Shown: positions 32,733 to 42,967 of the stretch, piece after piece
How the letters are laid out: each line of letters opens with the position of its first letter
Position numbering within the stretch: the stretch's first letter is position 1
Source of the DNA: Candidatus Omnitrophota bacterium
GTDB lineage: Bacteria > Omnitrophota > Gorgyraeia > Zapsychrales > Fredricksoniimonadaceae
Reading direction: 5' to 3'
Assembly (NCBI GenBank): GCA_037131245.1
Contig: JBAXRK010000007.1
Coordinates: 7,226 to 71,225, forward strand
Length of the DNA: 64,000 nt
Made by a program: the position numbers and the translations under genes
The notes under the pieces: model-generated
What the model was told of the DNA's origin: nothing
The model's database searches: none
The model's input: the letters and a program-made list of their open reading frames with translations, nothing else

Positions 32733-33898
32733 GCCTCATGGACCGGGTGCTTCAGGCAGAGTTGACGGATCTCGACCGGCAGGGGCTGCGCCGTTCGTTG
32801 CGCGAGGTGTCTTCAGTTCAGTCAAGGGAGATCATCCTCGATGGGCTGAAGGTTTTGAATTTTTGTTCCAATGATTATCTGGGGCTTGCCAGTGATCATC
32901 GTTTAGTGGCCGCGGCGGCTTTAGTGGCGGAACAACGCGGGTTTGGGGCGGGAGCTTCCCGTCTGGTTTGTGGTCACTCTGATGAGCATGCCGCTCTTGA
33001 GCGGGAGATCGCTGCCCTAAAGGGTACCGAAGCGGCTATATTGTTTTCCTCCGGGTATATGGCGAATGTCGGGATCATTCCGGCCCTGGTGGGGCGGGAG
33101 GACGCGGTTTTCTCCGATCGGCTTAATCATGCCTCGATCGTTGACGGGATGGTGCAAAGCCGCGCGCAGATCAAGCGGTACCCGCATAACGATATGGCCG
33201 CGCTTGAGGCCATGTTGTCGGAGGCAGGGAAATTCCGCCGGAAACTGATCGTCACTGATACGGTCTTTAGTATGGACGGTGATATCGCGCCGCTGAAGGA
33301 ACTCACGGTGTTGGCCAAACGGCATCAGGCCTGGTTGATGGTCGATGAAGCGCATGCTTTCGGGCTTTTCGGCGCGTCGGGTTCCGGGATGGCCGAAGAG
33401 GCGGGAGTTGCCGCGGATGTTGATATCCAGATGGGGACCCTTTCGAAAGCGGCCGGTTCTTTTGGCGCTTACGCGGCCGGGTCACGCGTGCTGGTCGATC
33501 ATCTGTTGAATTCAGCGCGAAGCGTGGTTTTTACGACGGCACTTCCGCCGTCGGTCGCGGCGGCCAGCCGGGCGGCGCTTGGGATCATCAGGAGCGAGCC
33601 GGGGCGCCGGCAGCACGTATTAGCTTCGGCGGCCTTCTTGCGCCGGGAACTGCGCGCGCTGGGCCTTAATGTTCCCGAGGGAGTTACGCCGATCATCCCG
33701 GTGATCCTGGGAGAAGCCGGGCCCGCGATCGCTTGGTCTAAAGCTTTGTTGGAAAAAGGAATCTTTGTTTCCGCGATCCGCCCGCCGACGGTCCCGGCCG
33801 GGACGGCGCGGTTACGGGTCACGGTAACGGCGGCACATACGGACGCGGATCTAGAGCGCTGCTTAAACGTTTTTAAAGAGGTGATGTCGCATGAGTGA
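32729..33898 (+). CDS. bioF: 8-amino-7-oxononanoate synthase
   Basis: It is an alpha-oxoamine synthase fold with FCSNDYLGL and the PLP-Lys context GTLSKA. The operon context supports the call. Confidence 0.88.
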   Translation: MSLMDRVLQAELTDLDRQGLRRSLREVSSVQSREIILDGLKVLNFCSNDYLGLASDHRLVAAAALVAEQRGFGAGASRLVCGHSDEHAALEREIAALKGTEAAILFSSGYMANVGIIPALVGREDAVFSDRLNHASIVDGMVQSRAQIKRYPHNDMAALEAMLSEAGKFRRKLIVTDTVFSMDGDIAPLKELTVLAKRHQAWLMVDEAHAFGLFGASGSGMAEEAGVAADVDIQMGTLSKAAGSFGAYAAGSRVLVDHLLNSARSVVFTTALPPSVAAASRAALGIIRSEPGRRQHVLASAAFLRRELRALGLNVPEGVTPIIPVILGEAGPAIAWSKALLEKGIFVSAIRPPTVPAGTARLRVTVTAAHTDADLERCLNVFKEVMSHE

Positions 33899-34634
33899 AC
33901 CGGTTGTTTTTATCCACGGATTCGGCGGTTCGGGTGGTATCTGGCAGTGGCAGCAAGATTATTTTGCCGCCAGCCGAAAGGTCATTCTGGTAGACCTTCC
34001 CGGTCATGGCTCCTGTCCATGGAAGAATGAAGGGCTTGATGAGATGGCGCGCCTCGTCGCGGCGCAGTGCCGCGAGGCAGGGGCGTCATCGGTGGATATT
34101 GTGGCCAGTTCTTTCGGAGGCCTGGTTGCGATCAAGCTGGCTGAAGGTTATCCTGGCCTTGTCCGGCGCATTGTTTTTGCCGGTGCTTTACCCCGGTTTA
34201 CGGGCACTGACAATTTTCCGGCCGGCCTGGTGCCGGCCAAGATCCGCAAGTTGGCCGCCCAGCTGCAAGGGGATACGGCCGTGGTGCTTGATATGTTCGT
34301 CCGGTCGTTATTCACCCGTAAGGAAAAAGAACGGCCCCGTTATTTTCAGATCAAAGAACTGCGCGCTCAGTCGCCGCTGCCGACTCTTGAAGGGTTGCTG
34401 GGGATCCTGGACCTCCTTGAGACGGAAGACCTGCGGGAGCAATTCAAGCAATTGGCTCAGCCTTGCTTGTTCATTACCGGGGATAGCGACCCGATCTGTC
34501 CGATGGCGGTGGCCGGCCCCTTGAACGCCTTGTTGCCGTCTATGCGCGTGGAGCTCCTTAAGGATGTGTCGCATTTTCCTTTTTTAAGCATTCCCGAAGT
34601 ATTCAACCGGCGGGTGGAGAGATTCTTTCAATGA
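33891..34634 (+). CDS. bioH: Alpha/beta hydrolase, pimeloyl-ACP methyl ester esterase (BioH-type)
   Basis: Features are HGFGG, the nucleophile elbow VASSFGG, and the position between bioF and bioC. The specific esterase family was not verified. Confidence 0.65.
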   Translation: MSEPVVFIHGFGGSGGIWQWQQDYFAASRKVILVDLPGHGSCPWKNEGLDEMARLVAAQCREAGASSVDIVASSFGGLVAIKLAEGYPGLVRRIVFAGALPRFTGTDNFPAGLVPAKIRKLAAQLQGDTAVVLDMFVRSLFTRKEKERPRYFQIKELRAQSPLPTLEGLLGILDLLETEDLREQFKQLAQPCLFITGDSDPICPMAVAGPLNALLPSMRVELLKDVSHFPFLSIPEVFNRRVERFFQ

Positions 34635-35380
34635 CCTCTTGCTCGGACACGTCCAAATGTTTCTCTGATGCCGCGGCATTATACGATACCCGGGCTCATA
34701 TTCAACGCGCGCTGGCGGTCGAGTTGGCGGAGCGGGTACGGGTTCGTCCCGGTTCGATCGTGGCTGATATCGGCACGGGGACCGGGCGCTTGATCGAAGA
34801 ATTACAGCGGAAGTATCCTGACGCCCGGTATGTAGGCGTGGATTCTTCGGAGGGGATGCTGGCCAGGGGCCAGGGCGCGCGCGTCAGGGCCGATCACGCG
34901 CGCCTTCCGTTTCGGCCAGGGGCTATCGACCTGATCGTTTCGTCGTCATGTTATCACTGGTCGCCTGAGTTGCGCACGGCCTTCGCTGCGGCGGTAACCG
35001 CGCTTCGAGCGGGCGGCCGTTTTGAGGTGGTCCTTTTTGGCCATGATACCTTAAAGGAGCTTTTTGAGTCCTTAGGTGCGGTTTCTCCGGTGTTGATGGA
35101 GAGGCTCGGGCGGATGCCCCGGCTTCCAACGCTGGAAGATGTGTGTTCAGCCCTGGCGCTTTCGGGATTCCAATCGTTCGATTTTGAACGCGAAGTTCGC
35201 CGGGAAGCGTTCGCGACGCTGAAAGAGGTTTTGCGCTGGTCGCGCGAGACGGGGACCAATGGCCTCGGCCGCGGCATGTTCATCGGTAAAGATGTTCTTT
35301 CCCGGGCCGAAGAATATTATCAGTCAACATTTAAAGGACAGGTCTCTTTTGACGTGATCTGGGTCCAGGCGCAAACATGA
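34631..35380 (+). CDS. bioC: Malonyl-ACP O-methyltransferase
   Basis: It has the SAM-binding motif VADIGTGTGRL and sits in a bio operon. Confidence 0.7.
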   Translation: MTSCSDTSKCFSDAAALYDTRAHIQRALAVELAERVRVRPGSIVADIGTGTGRLIEELQRKYPDARYVGVDSSEGMLARGQGARVRADHARLPFRPGAIDLIVSSSCYHWSPELRTAFAAAVTALRAGGRFEVVLFGHDTLKELFESLGAVSPVLMERLGRMPRLPTLEDVCSALALSGFQSFDFEREVRREAFATLKEVLRWSRETGTNGLGRGMFIGKDVLSRAEEYYQSTFKGQVSFDVIWVQAQT

Positions 35381-37425
35381 GCCGCGTTATTTTTGTTACA
35401 GGGACGGATACCGGTGTCGGCAAGACGATGGCGACCTATGCCATAGGACTTCTCCTGAAGGCCAGAGGACTGTCGGTGGGCGTGATGAAGCCGGTTCAAA
35501 CCGGCAGCGATGTTCCGGGTGACGCTCAGTTCCTGAAGAAGGGCTTGGGCCTGACGGATGATATCCGTGAGATCAATCTTTATTCCGCTCCGGAGCCGAT
35601 CGCGCCCCATTTGGCGTTCAAGCGCGCGGGGATCGTGTTCAACAAGCATAAGGTCCTGTCAGTGGCGGCCAGGCTGGCAGCGAAATACGACATTCTGCTG
35701 ATCGAGGGCGCCGGGGGGTTGCTGGCTCCGATCAGCCATGATTATTTGATGGCGGATATGGCGGCGGATATCGGGGCGGAGGTATTGATCGTATCGCGCC
35801 TTGGACTCGGGACGATCAACCATACGCTGCTGACAGTTCGGGAGGCAGAGCGCCGGGCACTTTGTGTTACCGGGATCCTTTTTTCGGAAGCGAGCGGAAA
35901 GCGTCGAGGGGTGTCGGAGCTGACGAATCCGGGATCCCTCAAAGCATTGAGCGGTGTGCCTATTCTGGGTGAGGTTCCGTTCCTAAAGAAACATGACCCC
36001 AAGAGCGTCCTGACGCTTTGCCGTCGAAAGATCAACATGGCCTTGCTGATCAAAGACCGGCCGTCCTTGACCAAAGAGCTGGTAGATAAAGACAAGGCGT
36101 TTGTCTGGCACCCGTTTACCCAGATGCGCGATTGGCAGTCGGATATCCCTGGCGCTCCGCTGGTGATCGATCGCGCGGCGGGTTCGTATTTATACGATTC
36201 GGATGGGAAGAAGTATTTAGACGGTGTTTCCAGCCTTTGGGTGACGGTGCATGGCCACGGGCGGCCGGAGATCACGAAAGCGATCGCCTGTCAGGCGGCG
36301 AAACTGGATCATTCCACCATGCTGGGCCTGGCCAATACACCGGCGGTCGAGCTGGCCGAGAGGCTTGTTGGCATAGCACCGACGGGACTGGAGAAGGTTT
36401 TTTATTCTGATAACGGCTCGACCTCGGTCGAGATCGCGGTCAAGATGGCCTATCAGTATTGGCAGAATACGGGCGTTCCCAAGAAATCCATGATCTGCCA
36501 CCTGGAGAATTCGTATCACGGCGACACGTTGGGGAGTGTCAGCGTCGGAGGCATCGATCTTTTTCATAAGGTTTACCGTAAGCTGGTTTTCAAGGCGCAT
36601 CAGGTGCCTTTTCCGGACTGCTACCGGGATACCCGGGCCTTTGAGGCGGTTGAGGCGTTTGAGGGCTTTCTTAAAAAAGAACATTCAAAAGTGGCCGCGC
36701 TGGTGCTTGAGCCTATTGTTCAGGGTGCGGCCGGGATGTTCATGTGGCCGGCGGGCGTGTTGAAATGCTTTGAAGTCCTTTGCCGGAAATATGACGTGCT
36801 GTTGATCTGTGATGAAGTGGCCACGGGTTTTGGCCGGACGGGCCGGATGTTCGCTTGTGAGCATGAAGATGTCCATCCGGATCTTTTGTGCGTGGCCAAG
36901 GGGCTTTCCGCTGGGGTATTGCCGCTTGCGGCGACACTGACGACCGGCCGTATTTTCGACGGGTTCAAATTCCCGTATAAGGACATGAAAGCTTTCTTTC
37001 ACGGCCATACGTATACCGGTAACCCTATCGCCTGCGCGGCGGCACTGGCGAATCTGGAATTGTTCAGGAAGGATCGAACGCTTGATCATGTTCGTATCAC
37101 GGCCGGGCTTTTAGCGCGCGGTCTTGAACGTTTTCGGGATATGGTTGAAGTGGGGGATATACGCCAGCGAGGTTTGATGGTGGGCATTGAGCTGGTCAAA
37201 GACAGGGCCACGAAAGCCCCATTTGATTGGAAGGAACGCGTGGGGGTGCGTGTTTGCCAGAAGGCCCGGGACTATGGCGTGATCATCCGTCCTTTGGGGA
37301 ACGTGATCGTGCTGATGCCGCCCTTGTCGATCTCCTCCGGGGAGATCGACATTCTTCTGGGTGCTGTGGAGCGTTCGATCAAGGATATTCTGGCAGATAG
37401 GAATAAACCATATTGCGGTTGTTGA
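35377..37425 (+). CDS. Fused dethiobiotin synthetase / adenosylmethionine-8-amino-7-oxononanoate aminotransferase (BioD-BioA)
   Basis: The N-terminal P-loop is FVTGTDTGVGKT (BioD). From about aa 230 it is a class-III aminotransferase (WHPFTQM, SYHGDT, DEVATGFGRTG) typical of BioA. The ORF is a single uninterrupted 682 aa. Confidence 0.85.
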   Translation: MSRVIFVTGTDTGVGKTMATYAIGLLLKARGLSVGVMKPVQTGSDVPGDAQFLKKGLGLTDDIREINLYSAPEPIAPHLAFKRAGIVFNKHKVLSVAARLAAKYDILLIEGAGGLLAPISHDYLMADMAADIGAEVLIVSRLGLGTINHTLLTVREAERRALCVTGILFSEASGKRRGVSELTNPGSLKALSGVPILGEVPFLKKHDPKSVLTLCRRKINMALLIKDRPSLTKELVDKDKAFVWHPFTQMRDWQSDIPGAPLVIDRAAGSYLYDSDGKKYLDGVSSLWVTVHGHGRPEITKAIACQAAKLDHSTMLGLANTPAVELAERLVGIAPTGLEKVFYSDNGSTSVEIAVKMAYQYWQNTGVPKKSMICHLENSYHGDTLGSVSVGGIDLFHKVYRKLVFKAHQVPFPDCYRDTRAFEAVEAFEGFLKKEHSKVAALVLEPIVQGAAGMFMWPAGVLKCFEVLCRKYDVLLICDEVATGFGRTGRMFACEHEDVHPDLLCVAKGLSAGVLPLAATLTTGRIFDGFKFPYKDMKAFFHGHTYTGNPIACAAALANLELFRKDRTLDHVRITAGLLARGLERFRDMVEVGDIRQRGLMVGIELVKDRATKAPFDWKERVGVRVCQKARDYGVIIRPLGNVIVLMPPLSISSGEIDILLGAVERSIKDILADRNKPYCGC

Positions 37426-37443
37426 TCAGGGAGAAGCTGGCGC

Positions 37444-38553
37444 ATGAAGGCGGTAGGCGGAAAAATATTGGTGGCTATGTCCGGCGGGGTGGATTCATCC
37501 GTTGCCGCGGGCCTGCTTCTTGAGCAGGGCTATGAGGTTGAGGGCGTGACCATGTGCTTTGAACTCCCCGCTTCGGACGCGGCCCGGCGGCCGAGTTGCT
37601 GCGGCCTGGCATCTATTGAGGATGCCCGTCGTGTCGCTAAAGCGCTGGGGATCCGGCATCATGTGCTTAATTACGGCGATGCTTTGCACGCGACGGTGAT
37701 CGATGATTTTGTGGCTGAATACCTGAAGGGGCGTACGCCCAACCCTTGTGTGCGTTGTAATCAGTATTTAAAGTTTGTCCGGCTTTTCAATGATTCCGTC
37801 GGCCTGGGCGCTGATCGGTTGGCGACGGGCCATTATGCCCGGATCGAGCATGACCCTCAATGGGGCTGGTGCCTTAAGAAGGGCCTCGATGAACGGAAAG
37901 ACCAATCGTATTTTTTATATGGCATCCCGAGAGAGATCTTGCCGCGGGTGATGTTCCCGCTGGGAGGCCTGACCAAAGCGGCGGTGCGCGATGCCGCCAG
38001 GAGAATGGCCTTACCAACGGCAGAAAAGCGGGAGAGCCAGGACATTTGTTTTATCCCGGACGGCGATTACCGCCGCTTTCTTGGTGCCAGGGCGCCAGCG
38101 CTATCTGTTCCCGGCGATATGCTTGACCATACCGGCAAGAAGGTCGGGACCCACCAGGGTGTTGCGCATTATACGGTCGGCCAGCGCGAGGGGTTGGGGA
38201 TCGCCCTTGGCTTTCCGGTGTATGTTTACCAGATCGATGTTCCGTCTAACATCATTCGGGTAGGGCCCCGGGAGTGCCTTCTGGCGCAGGGGCTTAAGGC
38301 CAGCGGGCTTAACCTGGTGAGCATGAATTTTTCAAAAGAAAGCATCGAAGCCGGCGTAAAGATAAGGTATAATCACACCGATATTGACGCTGTCGTGGAA
38401 ATTCTAGACTCTAAGCGGATCGCGGTCCGCTTCCAGCACCCGCAGCCCTCGGTTACGCCGGGGCAATCGGTTGTTTTTTATAGGGGCGATGTGCTTTTAG
38501 GCGGGGCGCTTATTGACAGTGAGTTAAAAAATTTTCCGGATGGAAATTTTTAA
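37444..38553 (+). CDS. mnmA: tRNA 2-thiouridine(34) synthase
   Basis: It has the PP-loop VAMSGGVDSSVAA, the motif RTPNPCVRCN, and KDQSYFL. Confidence 0.9.
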   Translation: MKAVGGKILVAMSGGVDSSVAAGLLLEQGYEVEGVTMCFELPASDAARRPSCCGLASIEDARRVAKALGIRHHVLNYGDALHATVIDDFVAEYLKGRTPNPCVRCNQYLKFVRLFNDSVGLGADRLATGHYARIEHDPQWGWCLKKGLDERKDQSYFLYGIPREILPRVMFPLGGLTKAAVRDAARRMALPTAEKRESQDICFIPDGDYRRFLGARAPALSVPGDMLDHTGKKVGTHQGVAHYTVGQREGLGIALGFPVYVYQIDVPSNIIRVGPRECLLAQGLKASGLNLVSMNFSKESIEAGVKIRYNHTDIDAVVEILDSKRIAVRFQHPQPSVTPGQSVVFYRGDVLLGGALIDSELKNFPDGNF

Positions 38554-38563
38554 GGAGAATAAA

Positions 38564-39277
38564 ATGAAAAAGAGCCTGGGATTGTTGATGGTGAGCATGC
38601 TGGTGGCCGGTATGGCGATGGCCGCGGAGGTACAGGTGAATGACGGTCTTTCCCGAACGTATTACAAGTCGGGGGCTGTCATGAAAGAGGCAAATTACCG
38701 GAATCGCCAGCTTGATGGTGAGGTGACTGAATATTACGAGAGCGGCGCGCGCAAAGCGGTGACGATGTATGCCGCCGGACAGCGCGCGGGGGAGAGTAAA
38801 ACGTATTATGAGTCCGGCATTGTGAAGACGGAAGGGTCTTACCGGGCCAATAATCTGACAGGAATTTTCCGGCAGTACGATAATGCGGGCCGGCTGCAGA
38901 AGGATGATACTTATACGGATGGTATTCTTAACGGGGAGAGCAAGTCATATTATCCGAGCGGGATCATGCGCCGTCAGGCTTATTACGAGAACGCGGTGTT
39001 GACCGGCGGCGCGGTGGAGTATTATGAAGACGGAAAAATGAAACTTCAGCAATCATACAAGGCGGGGGTTCTGGTTAGTTCAACATCTTTTGAAGCTTCA
39101 GCGGATCTGGCGTCCAAGCCGGCCGCTGCGCCGAAAGGTAGCGAAGCGGCTCCGGTCACAAAAAAGACGGTAGTGGCAAAACCTATTCCTCCGGCCATCA
39201 AGCCGGCTAACGCCGACAAGCCGGCTGTCGCCGACAAGCCGGTAGGGACAGATAAGGCTGTTGACGCGAAGAATTAA
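38564..39277 (+). CDS. Secreted MORN-variant/YwqK-like repeat protein with Pro/Ala/Lys-rich tail
   Basis: ATG 38564 follows AAGGAG. The signal peptide is MKKSLGLLMVSMLVAGMAMA. It has repeated Y(Y/E)SG...G......Y units. Confidence 0.6.
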   Translation: MKKSLGLLMVSMLVAGMAMAAEVQVNDGLSRTYYKSGAVMKEANYRNRQLDGEVTEYYESGARKAVTMYAAGQRAGESKTYYESGIVKTEGSYRANNLTGIFRQYDNAGRLQKDDTYTDGILNGESKSYYPSGIMRRQAYYENAVLTGGAVEYYEDGKMKLQQSYKAGVLVSSTSFEASADLASKPAAAPKGSEAAPVTKKTVVAKPIPPAIKPANADKPAVADKPVGTDKAVDAKN

Positions 39278-39312
39278 GATCGTTAACCATAGCGAGAGAG
39301 CGGGATTTTATT

Positions 39313-40587
39313 ATGGGCATTTCACTGGGCACTGAATATTTAAAGGGTTTTGTCAATGAAGCGGAGATCGCGGCTTTCGGGCCGGCGGTAGCAAAAGCGC
39401 ATCAGGATCTGCATCAAAAGACTGGCGCCGGGAATGAATTTCTCGGTTGGGTTAATTTACCTTCACAGGTTCCAGATGCCCTGATCGAAGAATTGGCCGT
39501 TTTAGCTAAAGAAGTGCAGGGCCATTCGGAGGCGATCATTTCGATCGGCATCGGCGGGTCGTATTTGGGCATCCGTTCAACGCTTGAGTTCCTGGGGGGA
39601 GACCAGAAAGTCCCTGTTTATTATGCCGGCCACAACATGTCGTCGGTCGATATGAGCCGTATTGTTGCGTTGATCGAGAAAAAGAAAGTCACGGTCGTGG
39701 TGATCTCAAAATCAGGGACGACGACGGAACCGGCCCTGGCTTTTCGTATTGTGGACGCCGCGATGAAGCGCAAGTACGGGCCCGCTGAATTAAAAAAGCG
39801 CGTGATCTGCGTGACAGATGCCCGCAAAGGGGCCCTTCGGAAGATCGCCGATAAAGAAGGCTACCGTTCTTATATTATTCCCGATGATGTTGGCGGGAGG
39901 TTCTCCATCCTTACGCCGGTCGGCCTGGTCCCGCTGGCGCTGGCAGGCGTCGACATCCGGGCTTTTGTCGATGGATTTAAGGCTGCCGAGATAGAATATG
40001 CCGAGCCAGACCTGAACCGGAACCTTTGCTATCGTTACGCGGCGATCCGCCAGGTGCTTTACAAAAAAGGCAAATGTATTGAAATGATGGCATCTTTTTA
40101 TCCTAACGTGCAATATGTAACGGAATGGTGGAAGCAGCTCTATGGCGAGAGCGAGGGCAAGGGCGGTAAGGGGATATTCCCGGCCTCAACGATCCTGTCG
40201 ACCGATCTGCATTCAATGGGCCAGTTGATGCAGGACGGGATGCGCAATATTTTTGAGACTTTTGTGATGATCACCGCTGTTGACGCGCAGGTCATCGTCC
40301 CGATGTTACCGGAGGATACGGACCAGTTCAATTGTGTGGCGGGTAAAGAACTCGACTGGGTCAATAAGCAGGCGTACCGGGCTACGGCGGATGCTCATTT
40401 TGAGGGCGGTGTGCCGAATTTGTGCCTGACGCTTGATAAGGCTGACGCGCGGCATATTGGCCAGTTGTATTATTTTTTCGAGAAGGGTGTCGGTATTTCC
40501 GGGTATTTGTTGGGCGTCAATCCGTTCGATCAGCCCGGTGTTGAGGCGTACAAGAAAAAGATGTTCGCGTTGCTGGGCAAAGCCTGA
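39313..40587 (+). CDS. pgi: Glucose-6-phosphate isomerase (short bacterial/archaeal type)
   Basis: Motifs are IGIGGSYLG, ISKSGTTTEP, GGRFS and ESEGK. Confidence 0.88.
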   Translation: MGISLGTEYLKGFVNEAEIAAFGPAVAKAHQDLHQKTGAGNEFLGWVNLPSQVPDALIEELAVLAKEVQGHSEAIISIGIGGSYLGIRSTLEFLGGDQKVPVYYAGHNMSSVDMSRIVALIEKKKVTVVVISKSGTTTEPALAFRIVDAAMKRKYGPAELKKRVICVTDARKGALRKIADKEGYRSYIIPDDVGGRFSILTPVGLVPLALAGVDIRAFVDGFKAAEIEYAEPDLNRNLCYRYAAIRQVLYKKGKCIEMMASFYPNVQYVTEWWKQLYGESEGKGGKGIFPASTILSTDLHSMGQLMQDGMRNIFETFVMITAVDAQVIVPMLPEDTDQFNCVAGKELDWVNKQAYRATADAHFEGGVPNLCLTLDKADARHIGQLYYFFEKGVGISGYLLGVNPFDQPGVEAYKKKMFALLGKA

Positions 40588-40594
40588 CGAACGC

Positions 40595-42898
40595 TTATTT
40601 TAGGGTTAGCCCCGTTTTCTTTATGAATTCCTCTTTGAAGCGGGGGTCAAAAGCCACTCCTTTGTCGACCGCGTTCTTGAACGCGGCGATGGCCTTGTCC
40701 GTTTGCCCCAATTCGTAATAAGTCACCACCACATTACGCAGGATCACTTCAACACCCGGTGAAAGCCGGTCGGCCGCCAGGAAGTCTTCCAGGGCTTCGC
40801 CGGCCCGGTTGAGTCTCCGGCGGATATTGCCGCGGTTATTGTAAGCCACGCTGAGTTGAGGGCTGGCTTTGATGGTCAGGGAATAGAACATGTCGGCTTT
40901 GTCGAGTTCACCGAGTTGCGCAAATGCAACGCCGGTATTAAAAAGGGCTTCGGGCATGGCGGGCGTTATTTTCAGAGCGGCATAAAATTCACCCAGTGCT
41001 TTTTTCGGGTCTTTCATGGCTGAATAGGCGTTGCCGCGCCCCAGCAAATATTCCGGGGCATGCCCCGGGTCATTTTGTAATCCTGATGTAAAAATGGCCA
41101 GGGCTTCTTCGTAGCGGCCTTTTTCCGTCAGCAGATTGCCCATATTGTTGTAAGCATCGCGTAATTTGGGATCAAGGTCAAGGGCGCTGCGGTAATCGGC
41201 CAGGGCTTTTTCGGTCTCTTTCAGCTTGGCGTACGCGTCGGCCCGATTTTTGTAGGCCATGGGCGCAAACTGGCTCACCGTGATGGCCATATTGTAATCA
41301 TTAATGGCTTTTTCGTATTCGCCGAACTGGCGGTACAAGTTACCGCGGTTATTGTAAGGGTCGTCATATTTCGGATTAGCGGCAATGGAGCGGTTGAAAT
41401 CGTCCATGGCAGCCTTGAAGTCGCCCTTCATGTAATAAACGACCGCCCGGCTGTTGAGGGCTTTGTAGCCATAGGGCATGACAGCGATCGCTTTGTTGTA
41501 GAAGGGGAGAGACTTATCGTAATGGCCCTGTAGCTGGTAAACATTGCCGAGGTTAAGGTTAGCCCGGTATTTGTTCGGTGATTTTTTGACAACGTCTTCC
41601 CAGAGGGTCTGTTCCGTTCGCCACACCATATTGCGTTTGATCGTGGCGATCCCAAGGACCAGGGTGAGGATGATCATGATCATCGGGGCGAATCTTTTTA
41701 AGAAAGGGTGCTCCCATATCAGGTAAGCAGCGGTGATGAACAGGCCGATCGAGATCAGGTAGAATTTGTGTTCAAAGATCACATGGACGCGCGGATAGAA
41801 TTCCGGCAGGTAGGTGACGAAGAACCAGATGATCCCCAGTGAAACGACGAAATTTCTTTTGAACATTTTCCAGGCGAGGCCGGCCAGCCCCAGCAGGCAC
41901 AGGAGGCTGATGAGCGTGGCGGGAGGTGTCAGCAGGCCGGTTGACATCGGAAAATCATAGTCCAGGGTCTGGTTGACGGGCAGGATAAAAAGGCGCAGCA
42001 TGACACCCATGACCCTCAGCTGTGTCAGGAAAAAGGTTTTGAACGTCAGGATATCCCCTTCGTGAGATGAGGACGGCAGATGCGAAGCCAGGATGCCGGC
42101 GAAGTTGAAGTGGAACAGGGCCGGGATGATCAGGCCGAGGCTGCTCAGGGCCAGAAGCATGATGATCAGGGCCGTTCTTTGTTGCCGTGGTGTGTTCTTT
42201 TGTACCGGGACATTGGCAGCCGGGGTGGCGATACACAGCCGGTCAATGATCAGGGCCAGGATCGGTAGCGTGATGACGATCTCTTTGGAAAGCATCCCCA
42301 TGACGGTGGCAATGACGGCCAACAGATAAAATGCCAGGCCGGGCCAGAGGCGCTGGGTTAGACGGGCTTTGAGGTAGAAGGCCAGGGCGCCGATGTAGAA
42401 CATGGTGGCCATGGAGGCAAAACGTTGGGTGATATAGCTAATGGCTTGCGTGTTGGCCGGATGGCACAGGAAGAGCAGGGCGGCGCAAAAAGCGATGTTT
42501 TCTTTGGAATCGACGGTAACGCGCGAATAGAATCGCGGCGTTGACAGCAGGAGGCGGGTGAGTTGCCAGACGCCCAGCGTGGTCAGGATGTGGATGATAG
42601 TGTTGAAAACATGGTAGCCGAAGACATCGAGGCGGTTGAGGTGATAATTAAGCGCCATGGAGAAAAAGACCACGTGCCGGGCGTGTTCGCCGAGGATGCT
42701 TTTACCGATCAGCGCCAGGTTGGTGATGTCCCGGATGGTCGGGTTCTTGACGATGAAAGGGATGTCGTCTAAATGGAATTCGCCGTGCAGTGTATTGGCA
42801 TATAAAAGGAAACCAAGTCCGGAAAAAATGAGAAGCTTGACCCAGAAGTTCAGTTTTGGCATAGCAATAAGGGTATAGCGAGGCCCGGTTTGAATCAA
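40595..42898 (-). CDS. Polytopic GT-C-like membrane domain (TMTC/DUF1736-like) fused to ~10 C-terminal TPR repeats
   Basis: The N-terminal ~430 aa are multi-pass hydrophobic, with HLDD in the first loop. The C-terminal ~330 aa carry canonical TPR units (A..YNN.G..Y...G.Y..A). The start may be the internal MPKLNFW. Confidence 0.65.
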   Translation of the reverse strand: MIQTGPRYTLIAMPKLNFWVKLLIFSGLGFLLYANTLHGEFHLDDIPFIVKNPTIRDITNLALIGKSILGEHARHVVFFSMALNYHLNRLDVFGYHVFNTIIHILTTLGVWQLTRLLLSTPRFYSRVTVDSKENIAFCAALLFLCHPANTQAISYITQRFASMATMFYIGALAFYLKARLTQRLWPGLAFYLLAVIATVMGMLSKEIVITLPILALIIDRLCIATPAANVPVQKNTPRQQRTALIIMLLALSSLGLIIPALFHFNFAGILASHLPSSSHEGDILTFKTFFLTQLRVMGVMLRLFILPVNQTLDYDFPMSTGLLTPPATLISLLCLLGLAGLAWKMFKRNFVVSLGIIWFFVTYLPEFYPRVHVIFEHKFYLISIGLFITAAYLIWEHPFLKRFAPMIMIILTLVLGIATIKRNMVWRTEQTLWEDVVKKSPNKYRANLNLGNVYQLQGHYDKSLPFYNKAIAVMPYGYKALNSRAVVYYMKGDFKAAMDDFNRSIAANPKYDDPYNNRGNLYRQFGEYEKAINDYNMAITVSQFAPMAYKNRADAYAKLKETEKALADYRSALDLDPKLRDAYNNMGNLLTEKGRYEEALAIFTSGLQNDPGHAPEYLLGRGNAYSAMKDPKKALGEFYAALKITPAMPEALFNTGVAFAQLGELDKADMFYSLTIKASPQLSVAYNNRGNIRRRLNRAGEALEDFLAADRLSPGVEVILRNVVVTYYELGQTDKAIAAFKNAVDKGVAFDPRFKEEFIKKTGLTLK

Positions 42899-42967
42899 GT
42901 AAAATATTAGCCTCGTTTTTATGCGGACATATTCTTTGCTGATTATTTTTTATGATATAGTGTGTCC

